64,000 nt of DNA, taken from Lepidodermella squamata (lineage: Eukaryota; Animalia; Gastrotricha). Under the pieces are notes generated by a model. It had not been told where the DNA came from. It did not search any database and saw only the letters and a list, made by a program, of their open reading frames with translations. A program made the translations under genes and the position numbers. Of the stretch, positions 48,622 to 62,100 are shown piece after piece; within the stretch, counting starts at the first letter, position 1; each line of letters opens with the position of its first letter. The DNA lies in the NCBI GenBank assembly GCA_047495785.1, contig JBLDXI010000007.1:3286001-3350000 (forward strand), given 5' to 3'.

Positions 48622-49237
48622 TACTTCGCGAGCAGATCGAAAGCGTCCGCTTACGTCCGCCAACGACGATGAAGTCGCCAGTCGTTGTTCTCCATGACTG
48701 CCTGTCGTCGGACCCGCTCCTTCTCTTCGTGTCCTAATCTCCCTGTTTATGTTATATCCGTTTATAATTCATGTCCGCGGTCTCCTATTCCGCCGTGCTT
48801 CACGCTTATTTCTGTCTTCTCACCTTATCTACCACCAGCATTCCTCTTATCCTTCACCTTCTCCCTGATCGTAGCCTTCGCACCTAACGCAGCCGATTAT
48901 CTCGCTCATATAGTGTAGTCCGTAGCACTGTCTAAGACATGCGCGTCCCCGTTGTGCCGGCGCCTTATTTGTCATGTGTGTTTGTTGTTGTTGGTTTTAT
49001 TTTGCTTTTAAATTTATTAACTGTACATGTCGAATAAGGACAATAAAAAAGATTTTCGTTCGTTCGCTAAGTGTGGTTAAGTGTGGTAGAGATGAAAAGC
49101 AGATCAAATAAGTTAATCCATGATAGTCGTCCCTGGAAAGATTCCTTTCACCTCACAGATTTTTCATCCCGGGGGAAGAAACAGTTCCTACTATGAAATG
49201 GGTAGTCATTAATGGGTAGTAGCGAGACGCTTAGAGT

Positions 49238-51825
49238 TTAGTTGGCTGAGAAAGCGACAAATGATGCATAAGCATTCACTGCAAGGAATGTATCCATTGT
49301 GAACAGGAAAGCAGCTAGATCAAAGGCTCGGGCGATGCTGAGAGGTTTCAAACAAGAAGGCAACTGTCGCCGTCGATACATCATCCACGGATAGCGAATC
49401 GTCATAGCGTACATTACTGCTTCGTAAAACGCGACGCCACCAGTTAATCCAGCCATAATCAAAATATACTCAGCCATCAGGACAGATTCAGACGTTTCGG
49501 GGATCAGTTGCATAACATCAGATACAATAACGATCAAACTCAAGAGTAGGGTAGCTGAGAAGGCTGCTCGATCAGGCACATTCGGCTGGAATAGCAACGA
49601 CCCAAATACCAGCAATAGAAGGATCAGTGACGGTGCAAGGTTGTTCACTAAATATTGGCCGGATTTTCGAGAAAATGTGACTGTGAATCGAGCGTATCCG
49701 GATGTCTGCTTCTTCCGCATAAGAGACCTCGTTGTTCCATACATCGAGCTAGAGGATTCCAAGTTCCACATTTCGCTCTCGAACGAGCCATCAAAAGCCA
49801 GCTGAGTCCCACTGACATTCAAAAACAAATCAGATTCCTCGAGGACAAATGTGAAATCACATTGTTGCGAGTCGAACGGGAATTTACGAAGTTTCAAGAG
49901 ACACTGAGCATTCAAGATGCCGAAACGTAACCAGTGGAAAAACAAGGTACGATTGGGCGCTGTTGGGTAGAAAACAATCTGAATCTGTTCTCGAAACCCG
50001 GTCTGCATGTATATATCTGTGGACGTGTTGGCAAATCGGAGGAAAGGAGTCCATACATCGCTCCTATCCACGGTGTAGATGCGCTCTGGATCTGAAACTC
50101 CGGGCGCTGTAATGTCAGCTGGACAAGACGTAACAGCCCATTGAACCAGCAGGCAACCGCCAACGGATATCTCGCGAGCTTTGGCGTCAATATCGACCAA
50201 ACGCTGCATTTCCAGGGTGACGAAGACTTGTGTTCCAAAAGATGGAGATCTTCATTAAAACAGAAATAGTTCATTACATTTCATCATCGAAAACTTACTT
50301 AGCCAGGGGACTTATGGATTTGCAAGGCTTCATATCCTGCGTAGATATTTTAGGCAGAATATTGCCATCTATCATCTCCGGAATGGGAAATTTATAGTCG
50401 TTTGACTCGAAATCGTAGGTAGCTGCGGCCTTTGTAGTTGATACAACTTCAATTGAAGTACTGGTCGCAGAAGATGACGTCTCTGTGGTAGTCGAAGAGC
50501 TAGTGGGCATACTCGTTGAAGTTGTGGATGAACTCGTTGTTGATCTCAACGTTGAGAAACTAAACGCAGCTGTACTGCTTGATCGGCTCGGGCTTGATTG
50601 AGTTGTAGTCGGAAGCGTTGTAGTGGTGGTTGTAGTGGCTGTTGTTGAAGGCGATGTAGATGTCGTAGGGACGGTTGTGGTGGAAGTTGTAGGCTTAGTA
50701 GTCGTAGTTGTTGATGTACTGATTGAAGGTGTCGTAGAAGTCGTAGAAGCCGTTGTAGTCGTAGTTGTAGGCATAGTAGAAGTAGTTGTTGTTGTAGTCG
50801 TAATCGTAGTGCTCGATGTCGAAGGACTTGATGCGAGAGTCCAGAATCGAAAGTTCTTCATATTATAGTAGCCGTGATCGTAGCTGCAGAATGTCATCGC
50901 TCGCAGCTTAACATTCCCAGTGGCTAAGGTAGTTTGGAATCCAGTGATGCTCACGTCGCTAAAACACGTAGAGACCTGAGAGCTCGTAGGGGACGCGATC
51001 CCAACAGACAACTTATCACCGTAAACTTGAATGATCAATTTGTAATCCACGTTTCCGGTCGAATCGAGGATACCTCCGCCACAGCCAGGCGATGACGTTG
51101 CCGCAAGGGGTGAGCATGGCAGGTTGCAAGTAGTGGATGTTGGTGAGGTTGTATGCCAAGCATAGGCTATTCCGTTGGGCTTCAGCTCTTGAAATACGCT
51201 CAGTCCCTGAACGTTTTCAATTTGATCAAAGCAGCCGCTGTACGAGGCTGTGATCAACTTACATCATAAAAAACAGTTCGTGGTCAAATTTAACTAACCG
51301 GGGTAAGTAGGCGAAACACTCGAGAAAACCATTGCGAGCCAAGCTCTTGAAGAAGCATTGTTGCTTGCACTGTAAATTGCCGTTATATCCATTTCAGCCC
51401 GCCAGTTTAGAGTAGTCGAATCAATGTACTTTTATTAAAAAGGTGAACTCTTCAGTGATGTATAAAAAGCCCTTTCGCACATCGGTTGGGCTTACGCTTA
51501 CCTGGTCTGAAGAGATTCTGCCGTAGTCAGACGTATCGCCAATGTCTCCAATTTGATACGCGTTGCCCAAATCAGTGGCATAATCATACAACGACAGTGT
51601 CATAGACTGCGAAATGCTCAAATCCGATTGATCAAATGAAAATGCAGATTGGTAAGATGCGGTTCCCGCATACATGTAGGGCAAAGGGAAGCTCGTAACG
51701 TCGGGAGTTGGTGTAACCGCCTCACCTATAACCTTATTGAATATAAACTAAAACGCAAATCCTAGCTGTAACCTACCTATCCAAACGATGCAGGACGCTA
51801 TCGTCAGCGAAATGAGTAGATTCAT
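49238..51825 (-). CDS. Stalked Cys-loop channel copy E, 787 aa
   Basis: Exons 51825-51777, 51725-51502, 51428-51299, 51247-50299, 50249-49238 (2364 nt, in frame). Confidence 0.9.
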
Positions 51826-53347
51826 AGCTCGTGATACTTTCGTAAAACCCAAGCTTCATGTAATGACTGCTGTCATTCAGAACTGTGTCGCTTGCGCTTA
51901 TGGTTTAAATTTTTAATAGCCGCCATTAGTGCTGGGTTCTGGATTGGTCAGGCAATCAATTAAATTAGCTATTTTTTGAGCGTCTGATCCTGTTGTCTGG
52001 CTTTCATTGGCTGCGTTCCAACAGACATACGCTTTTTGTTATCGCCCCATCACGCACTTCGCTGAATGCTTTCAGCAATCAGCCTCTCCTATTAACTATT
52101 AATCAACAAACGTCTGTGCAGACAATTAAAAATAAAGCAGGTGAAGCCGAGTAAGCAATGGGATGGCAATTTCTCCCCTCCTGACTTCCATCCTGACTTC
52201 CAGACAAATGCATACCTTCGCGTTCTACAGGGCATGCGTTCTCTAAAACTCAATAGCCATCGGTGTGTATTCCGCCAAGAACGAAGCTTTCAAATGAGTA
52301 TGAGTAAGAGTAGGTATGGAATGGGTAAGAGTAGGTATGGAAACAGTCGCCACTCGTTAGATTGTTCGGACCATATATACACCACAGCATCTTCGCAGCT
52401 TTAGAAAAAAAAGGAAATCCAGCGAAAATTTCTTTTAATTACAGAATGAACACATACGCTGTTCGCTTGTTACAATGCAGTGCAACTCCGATCATTTTAG
52501 AATCTCAATCGTCATCATTTTCATGGGTATGGAATGCAGCTTTTTCTAGACTCACTGTGATATCATCTAGATTAATTTGTCTGATTAACGAGAAGCAACA
52601 TGAGCTTCAATGTCCTACGTTTTGTTGGTTAGTTCACTTTTACTTGACTTGACTTGACTTGACTGTTCCACTCGGGATTTGTAAAATTCGGGGTTGGTAA
52701 ATTTTAGAAATAACAGTACACTTTATTCAACAATATCGACGCGATTATGCAATTACTAACATCAAACACGGCAACCCAGACCTCACGAACGAAAAGTGAG
52801 AAATTTCTGAATAAAAAACTCTTTGCGACACAGGATACAGGATACAAGAGTTAAAGGCAATTCGCAAAATCATTACTTATGCTTGTTGACGCACAATTCC
52901 ATTAAAATGTGCATAAAAAGTCGTTAGCGACAAAGCAACCGCTTTACACTTGATATATTATTCATTGAAAGTACGTACGACACTTGAAGGTAACAGCTAA
53001 TAAAGATCAGTACGATTAGTGCTCAAAAATGCCGAGCGTACTAACTCATTACGTTGGGCTCCTTAAAATGCGATCGTATGAGTAATAAAATTGATTGCTT
53101 TGGCGCGTCGCGTGAAAGAAAAATTGGGTGAACTAAAAAAAACTACAGAATAAATGATAAATTTTAACGATAGTAAGACTAAAACAGGGGTGACGCTTTT
53201 ATGGATCTAGTCTGCGATCTTGGCATTTAGCATGAGTTGCACTGATTGACGCCGTCCGCAAGAAAGGGCTGCTGGTCATTAGCAAGATGTGATTAGTAAC
53301 AGTGGAACAAAGTGATGAGCTCTTTCTGTTTGAGACGGTTTCAATTA

Positions 53348-56300
53348 CTATCCGAATGCAACAACTACAGCGTAAACATTGAGTGTTAAAAAAATGTCTA
53401 CGGCTACGAAGAAGGCCACCAAGTCCATGGCTCGAACGCAGCTAATGCAAGCTTTTGTCGAAAACAATTCTGTCTTCTTTTTCATAGCTTCAGGGTAGTG
53501 ATAGATCAGGGCGACTAAAATTGCCTGGTACAGAGTTATCATCCCGGACAATCCACACAGAACTAATATATACTCGGCAAGCAAAACACGCTCAGACGTC
53601 TCGGGAATTTGATTCATAATGCCCGATTGAAGCACAATCATACTCAACAGCAAGCAAACAGAGAAAGATGCCCGATCAGAATTATCAGGCTGAAAAATCA
53701 GTGACGCGAAGGCTAAAGTTGCAAGTAGAAGACCTGGGCCCAGTAAGTTGATCAAATATGGCGTCGGCTTTCGTGAGAAATCAACCGTGAATCGAACAAA
53801 GCTCGACGTTTGATTCTTGCGAAGTAGCGATTTTGTTATTCCAAAACGAGATGCAGTAGAATCGAGCCGCCACATCTCGCTTTCGAATGACTCGCCAAAG
53901 TCAAGGTCAGACCCTGCAACTTCGAGGAATCGATCAGACTCCTCGAAGATGAACGTGAAATCACATCGCTGCGAGTCGAAGGGGAATTTCCTCAATTTCA
54001 GTTGACACTGAGCAGTTAGGATGCCAAATCGCAGCCAGTGGAAAAACAGCGTTCTATTCGGCGAAGTTGGGTAGTAGACGATTTGAACTTGCTCCCGGAA
54101 GCTTTCTTGCATATAGATGTCAGTTGAGGTGTTGGCGAAACGGAGATAGGGCACCCAGACCTGAGCCCTATCGATTGTATACACACGCTCAGCCGCATCG
54201 ACATTCGGAGCTGTCACTTCTTGTGGACAATTCGAAACCATCCATTGTAGCGTCAAGCTTCCTCCCACAGAGATCTCCCTAGCTTTAGCGTCGATATCGA
54301 TTAAACGATAGAACTCGAGCGTCACGTATATTTTTGTTCCAGGGTAGGGGGATCTTAAAAACAAAAAATGATTACAGTGCTCCCTCGATAAAAGCACTGG
54401 GTCGGGAGCCAGACCCGGTCTTTTAACAAGGGAAAGCTATAACGAGGGCTGTAATTGAATGCAGAAGCTAAAAATAGACCGTTTCTAAGCCTTAAGACAG
54501 TTGCCATGCCAACGCGCAGAAAGAGACGGACACGCATTACGTGTCATTACAAATTTCGCTCGCTGAAGGCTGTGAAACAATAACACTATGAATCATAAGT
54601 TCGTCGCCAAGTTTTTATTCTTATTTGCCAAGGCGGTTTTGATTTGACTAGCTGGCCTTGTGTTTTTACTCCGATTTTAAGTCCTGCCTGGGGTTAACGA
54701 ACTCAGAATTAAAAAAAACCTGGAATCTATTTATTTCAATTTACTTCAAAAATGTTCAGCTCGTCCGATTTCGCAAACAAATTTCATTTGAAATTACAGC
54801 TTAAAAAATCAATCACCTTGGTCAAGATTTACCAGAATACTTCTGAATTAATCAACAGCAAATTCTGCCAAGATCCAAGATAATGCAGTGTTCAATTCAG
54901 AACTCATGCTTCCCCTATAATTCGTGGAATTATTTAAAAAATAATATGAAAATTGAAACAATTAAGATGAAATATGTATTTTCGATAATTTTTTCGTGGT
55001 TAACCTGACTTTTTCTTTTTTAAATTCATCGAATTAATGTCATTGAGCAAACACGGACCGATTTCAAGGCATAAGACGTGTGGTTCCGTCGAGAGGGAAC
55101 TATTCGATAGGTGTTTCGATTGAATGGAATAAATTTGAATCTTCTCAGGCGTGATTTCGTTTTCATTCGACTGGCCTGTTAAGATCAGAGCAAGGTAAAA
55201 AATCGGGCAGAAGCTCCCGCCGCCCCTCCTCGGGATGTTGCGATTTTCAAAGTAAAAATCGAATGATTAAAAGTTGTGGAAAAACCCGTAAAATTGCCAA
55301 GGCGTTGAGCAATGAAATCGTAGAGTAGTGGCAGCCAGTTTCGTGTTAGATCAGGCCTATCGACTATCGAAAATCGACTTTTAATTCCGATAACTCAGGA
55401 CAACTGGAACGAATGAAATCGGTCTAATTTTATGAGAATAAATCCATGTATCGAAATTAAAATAAATCTTGAAACAAGGACGTGATTCTTCATGATCACG
55501 CAACACAGCCGGGAACAAAATTGGGAAAAACTGAAGTTTCAGTTTCCTTAAAAAACACGATTTATACCCTTATTTGATCATGCTAATAATGCTGGTAAAT
55601 TTCAAGAGATTTTCTGGCCGGGAATAAGCTAAAAAAATGAAAAATCAGGGCAATTCAGATGAGTCTTTCTGTTTTTTGTTGATCAGCAATTGACCTGAGG
55701 AAAAATCTGCAAATCAAGAAGAAGATTGATGGGCATTTTTAAAGTTATTGAAATGAATTGCTGATTTTGTCTGATAAACTGGCGTAATTTCTGATGGAAA
55801 AGTTTAACTAAAAAGCAAGACGAGTCGCAGCACGACTTGAGTGGCAGCTAATCCACACACTCTGTTGCATAATCGAAGTCATTTCAAAACCACAAGAACA
55901 TCCTAATGCACTGATGATCTTTCAACTCGTTTGAACTAAACTTGAAATAACTGGATCTCTCAAAACCACGACAACGCGCCGCTAGGTTTCTAGGAACGCT
56001 TTATTATTTTAATTTTTCACGCTTAATTTTTTTAATCTATCAAAAAATTATTATTTGTTTAATTAAAAAATTACAAGTAATTTATTTAGCAGGGTCCAAA
56101 ATTACGGTCTACAAACGAGGGAGTTCTTTTAAGGAGGGTGCCACTAACGAGGGAGCACTGTATCTGTAAATACTGTAGAAGCTACCAACCTGGCATTTGG
56201 GTTAATGAACATACAAGGCATTAGGTCCGAGACAGAAATGAGAGGGATGAAATTGCCCTCGATGAGATCGGGAATCGGGAAGCTTGAGCTGTTTGATGCA

Positions 56301-57893
56301 AAAGTGTATTTTCTTTGCTCTAATGGAGCTGTAGTGATGGATAGTGTCGATGAATGGGTGGCAATTTTCGATGTTGGGGGAATAGTAGTAGATGCAGGCA
56401 ATGTTCCAACAGCCGAAGTTGAAGGTAAACTTGAAGTTGAAGGGAGATTGGTCGATAAGCTCGTCGGTAATGTTGATGAGAGGGATGTACTTGAAGTGCC
56501 TGCTGCTGAAGTTCCAAGAGGTGATGTTCCAACTGGGTTTTTCGTGGTCATTGAAGTTGTCGACGTTGGAACTGTCGTTGTTGAAGAAGTGGAGGAAGTC
56601 GCCGTGGTCGAAGTTGAAGTTGGCTTAGTGGTCGACGTCGTAGTTGCTGTTGAAGTTGTACTTGATGCTGGAGTAGTCGTAGAAGAAGTAGATGATGACG
56701 TTGCCTCGGTCGATGTTAAAGTTGGCGAAGTGGTAGAAGTCGTTGTTGACGTTGAAGTTGAACTCGAAGTTGAAGTAGTCGTCGAACGTGTTGTTGTGCT
56801 TGATGAGGTTGGGACAGTCGTAGTGGAACTTGAAGAGGATTGACTTGTTGTTGAAGGTGTAGACGTTGATGTCGTAGTCGCGCTGCTGCTTGACAGTTTC
56901 CAAAAGTAAAGGTTTTTCATGAAGTAATGTCCACGATTGTAGAAGCAATAAGCAAAAAAACGGGATTTCAAACTGCCACTTGCCACCAAGGTTGATAAGC
57001 CAGTGATGTTAATGTAGTCGAAGCAAGTGGACGCTGCCTGACCTTTAGTAACAGGAGCAATCGCTACTGTGAGAAGATCGCCGTAAACTTGCATAATAAG
57101 CCGAAAATTCACTGAGCCCGAGGAGTCAAATATTGAACTACCGCATCCAGGTGCAGAAGTGGCCACAACTGGGGAGCAGGGAATTTGGCAATTTGAAGTG
57201 ACCGTCGTTGGACTATAGAAGGCATACAGCTTGCCGTTGGGCATCAATTCTTGCCACAGGCCAAGGCCACTGATATCACTAATAGCGTCGTAGCAACCAA
57301 TATTGTCGACTATAGTAAACAATTTTTAGTGATAATTGCTCTTTCTTGAGGGAAATATTGCAATCTTACACGGGTAATTTGGCGATGAACTGGAAAACGT
57401 TAAACCAATCCAACCTCTACTTGAGACAGTGTTAGCCGGGTTGTAAATCGCTTTGATTTCCGTTTCTGCCCTCCAATTCACTAGCGTCGTAGTAAAATAC
57501 TATGGACAAAATTAAATAGGAATAGTAACTCATAACGTGACTGCCTCACATTATCCGAGCTGATCCGTCCGAAGTCGCTGCTGTCATTCAGGTTACCGAT
57601 CTGATACGACGTCGTGAGATCGTAACTAGTCTCGTATAGTGTCTGCGTATTCGATCCGGCAATGCTTGAATTCGATTTATCGAAAGAAATCGACGAGTCG
57701 TATGTCGCGGTCCCGGCGTACAAGTACGGAAGCGGAAAAGTTGCCGTATCAGGGGTAGGAATTATTTGACAAACTGTAAATGCGAATAAATCGTATTTAA
57801 TGAAAAACGAAACAACAGCTAAGATATACCGGTGGACATAACGAGATTTAACGTAATAAGATTTTGAAGGTATTGTGATTTGCCTGTGTTCAT
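53348..57893 (-). CDS. Stalked Cys-loop channel copy F (subfamily 2), 847 aa; intron 4 holds a 1.8-kb transposon
   Basis: Exons 57893-57830, 57773-57550, 57499-57370, 57309-56190, 54353-53348 (2544 nt, in frame). Confidence 0.87.
54375..56160. mobile_element. Non-autonomous Tc1/mariner-type element in intron 4 of copy F
   Basis: TA-CAGTGCTCCCTCG...CGAGGGAGCACTG-TA. The homologous intron is ~50 nt in the other copies. Confidence 0.9.
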
Positions 57894-59168
57894 TGTGCGA
57901 CTTGGAAATTGCGTCCTGATTCAAATTAGAAACAAATGCTTTGCTTTACTGGTTGCACCGCAATTTCGAATTCACGAACTTCTGTGAAAGCTCTCAAGTG
58001 CATTATTGGACGGAAAATATTAGCAGAGTGTCAAGCAACAAACGCACGTCTGTTTCGCCCACCTGCCATCAGCTAAATATTGCGAAAAATCAAACGAAGC
58101 AATAAGGCCTGGTCTCTCGGTCCATGACTTTTCGATTTGAAAAACGCATTTGTTCATAAGAGACAGCATTCTGCATATGCTGCTGAATCATATGTCCCCA
58201 TGATTGGGAGAAATTGGATCAATTATGAATCAAAACAAAATGTTTCACGCATGCATTTTGATTTCTTCGCTTGTTTTCAGCGATTCGCAGTCGGTTACAC
58301 CTAATGCCCTAATGCATGTCTATGCATACATACGTTCAGATTTTAATTTTCAAAATGTATTTACAATTTGGATATATACTGTGGGTAACAAGAATACGCT
58401 AACAAACGATCAGAGCGACATTCATAAATCTATCGATCCTCTAGTCATCCGTTCACTTGTACGGGAATGTGAAATGGCAAAAGCTTCGTGCCTAAGTGAC
58501 GCTCAATAAATTCTTTAATTCTGGGCAGAACGTCATATAATCGATGGCTTGCCTAGCGATGTGTGGGCAGCAATGGGCAAAATTGACGTAGTAATTGTGC
58601 GTCATTGTTCAGGAGCGCGGCAACATTAGTTTAGGAGAAACGTCAGAACGCCGACCAGTCCAGGTAACAGTTGGATTTTGGATGTACTTGAAAAGTACGA
58701 ATTCTGATATTTTCCAGAGCAAATTGCCAATTCTTCTGATGTGAAGTGCCAATGAAGCGCGCAAAATGTAAAAACACTCCGAACTGATCAGGTCGGATAA
58801 GACCATTAGTGCATTTCTGCATTACTTTGACAAAGCAAGAGAGATACGCGCAATCAACATATCGATCTCATAGTAAATTAGGAACTAAAACTACCATCTT
58901 TTTATTTGTCATTTCTTTGCATCTTCTATTGACTACGATATATAGGAAAACTGATATTTGGATACTAAACAGCATTAGATAATTTCCCATTCCGAAACTA
59001 ATGCAAAGAAAAAGGGTTCGCTCAATATCTATTCTATAAATCCTTGGTTAATATCATATAAACTGGTCATTTGATCACTATTATAAACGAGACTCTTCCT
59101 TTTACAGCTTACGAAGTAGTCGGAGCTGGCGGTAGGTTTTTTAATCAAGCTATGGATTAAATTAGTGT

Positions 59169-62100
59169 TCAGAATGCTACCATAGCAGCATAAACATTGA
59201 CAACAAGGAAAATGTCGAAGTATAGGAAAAAGGCTGCCAGATCGAGTGCTCGAGCGTAGCAGAGCTTTGTTATCCCAACAGAAACCTTGACCTTCTTCGA
59301 CATCAAGTACGGAAACTTGACGGTGACAGCAAGCATCACGGCCTCATACAAAACGATAATTCCTGTGAGGCCAGATAGGATCAAAATATACTCAGCCATA
59401 AGAACTGACTCAGCTGTATCAGGAATCAGCCCTAGGACATCAGACTGGATCACAATCATGCTCAGTAGAAGAGTTCCAGCAAATGCTGGACGATCAGGAA
59501 CATCCGGCTGAAAGATGAGTGATGAAAAGCCCAACGTCATGAGGATTGAACATGGCGCAATGGAGTTGATGAGATACGGTATCGGCTTGCGAGCAAAGGC
59601 AACAGAAAATCGCGTGTAACCAGAAGTACCGTTCTTTCTTAGCAGGGAGTTTGTAGTTCCAAAAACCGAGGTCGACGACTTCAACTGCCACATTTCGCTC
59701 TCGAAAGAACTAGGTATATCAAGTCGAACCCCTCCGAACGATACTAATCTATCAGATTCATCAAGGGCAAATGTAAAATCACAGGTTTGCGAATCGAAAG
59801 GAAATTTCCGAAGCTTCAAGACACATTTCGAACGGAGTATACCAAACCTCATCCAATGGAAAAACAACGTGCGATTAGGCGTGGTTGGGTAGTAGGCTAC
59901 ATGAATTTGTTCTTTGAAGCCATTCTCCAAGTAAAGATCCGTGGTTGTATTGGTGAATCGCATGCTTGGGACCCACAACTGCTTCCTATCAACAGTGTAA
60001 ATGCGATCAGCATCATCAACATTTGGAGCTGTAGTCGCGCTGGGGCAGATCTTGACGACCCATTGAACAACCACACTGCCTGCTATCGAGATTTGCCGAT
60101 ACCGAGCATCGATATCGTTTAATCTATCCATTTCGAGAGTAAGGAATACTTTCGTCCCGGCAAGAGGGGATCTTGTAAAGGACAAGTCAATTTTTTTACA
60201 GTAGTTTCATACACAGTTACCTGTTCACAGGGTCGATGAACTTGCACGTTTTCAATTCGTCGATTTCAATTATTGGAACGCTGTCTCCATCGATCAAGTT
60301 AGGAATCAAGAATTCTGAGCTATTAGTCACGAAGTCGTAGGTTCGAGGTGCCAGAGTTGTTGGCACGCCAGTGGTTGAGGCAGAAGGCTCCAGCCTCCAT
60401 ATTCTGAAATTCGATACAGTCGCATCTCCACTGGCCCCGTTGATTCCGTAGAGTTGAATATTCGCGTTTCCACTGGCGATTTGATTAGCACCGAGGCCAG
60501 ATGCGTTGGCATTGGTAAAGACAATCGTACTGGATGTATCCCCATAACCGGGCAAAGGTACCAGAGCAACCTTATGAAAAAATATTGAAATTCAAGAGGA
60601 ATCAAGGATATGAAAGTGTTATCTAACAGAAACTTGATCGTTAACACTTTGAACGAGCCAGAGCTGTTGAAAATGTTCGTTATCGTAATAGATTCATAAT
60701 CATAGGACAGCGGAACAGTTTGGCTGATGTTCACCATATCGGCATCATAGGCCAGGAAAAGTTTACCATCTACGCCGATTTGAAGCGCGATATGGAGTCC
60801 ATCATAGTTGCTGAATGTGTCTGGACCTGTCATGGCTCTCTTTTTACGACCCAATGCAGATGTAGCTGAAAGGTATTTAAATTACGAAAATAGAACAATT
60901 TATAAACTAGTTTGAACTTACAGACTGTCGCAGGCGATTTCGTGATTGCGAAGACATGATACCCGTAAGAATTCGCAGTTGGGTCAAATTTCGAACTCAC
61001 ATCCATTTCTACTCGAAACGGCACCGAAGCCAGTTCAGTCGGTAGCGTTTGGTCTAGCTTTGCTGAGCCAAACTCGCGTACAGGATAGGAATTGAGAACG
61101 ATCCCAGTTTCATCATTCACAGCACTTGGCATGACATGGAAATCAGCAGTTGCATTGATCGTGTCATTCGTATCGTAAGACAAATGGCCTAGAAAGGTAG
61201 GCAGCCCAGACCAAAGGTAAGGCAACGGAAGGGACTGGACGTCAGGGTCTGGAATCAGATAGCCGGGCATTACGGTCGTGGTTGTAGTAGAGGTGGTTTT
61301 CGTTGTTGTGGTTGAAGATGTTGATGTGCTGGGCGTAGTCGTTGTAGTCGTGGGCTTAGTTGTCGTAGTCGTTGTTGTCGTAGTAGTGGGTGTGGTTGTG
61401 GATGTGGAGGAAGTCGAGGTTGTCGGTGTGGTTGTCGAGGTCAGCGTAGAAGTCGCGGTCGTAGTGGGCGTGGTCGAAGTTGTTGTTGTTGTTGTCGTCG
61501 AAGTCGTAGATGAAGTTGCGGTCGACGTAAGGCTTGTTGTTGGCGTGGTAGATGGCGTTGTAGTAGTCGTCGTTGAGCTAGTCGATGTAGTAGTAGAAGT
61601 AGTCGCTGGACTCGCTGCCAAATTCCAAAAGTAGAAATTTTTTATTCGGGCAACTCCAGTATTCATCCCACAGAATAGATTCAGCCGAAGCTTAGTATTG
61701 CCATTTGACGTAATAGCGTTCAACCCAACAACAGCTACGTCTTGAAAGCAAGTAAATGCCTGTGGACTGCCACTGATTGGAAGAGGAACCATCACAATCT
61801 GTTTCGACATGGCAATAAAATGATTTCAAGCATTATTGATACTACTCAAAGGTCGAAGGGTGGCTGAGCGAGCGTAGCAGAAAAGTGAGTTGCGCTGCAG
61901 AGTGAACGTAGCAGAAATCAAAACAGTGTAGCAACAACGCGTGTTTAGTAGCACTCAAACGCAATCCGTCGCGCATTCATCTAATCCGCTGCGTAAACGA
62001 GTGATATGACGCGGCAGGCGGTGCGACGGTCGCAAAAATAAGGGTGAACGTAGCAATTTGATCAAAACTGAATTTGGTAAAAAGTTGTTATATTATGGAC

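Larger units (their letters stand above)
46460..49070 (+). mobile_element. 3' end of a non-LTR retrotransposon (Jockey/I-like), split by a DNA element
   Basis: NKCLRAMLNVRLADRVRITELERRCRLPSLSEF resembles the post-RT region of LINEs. The frame continues across the TA insertion site. The 3' UTR ends in AATAAAAAA and TTCG repeats. Confidence 0.6.
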
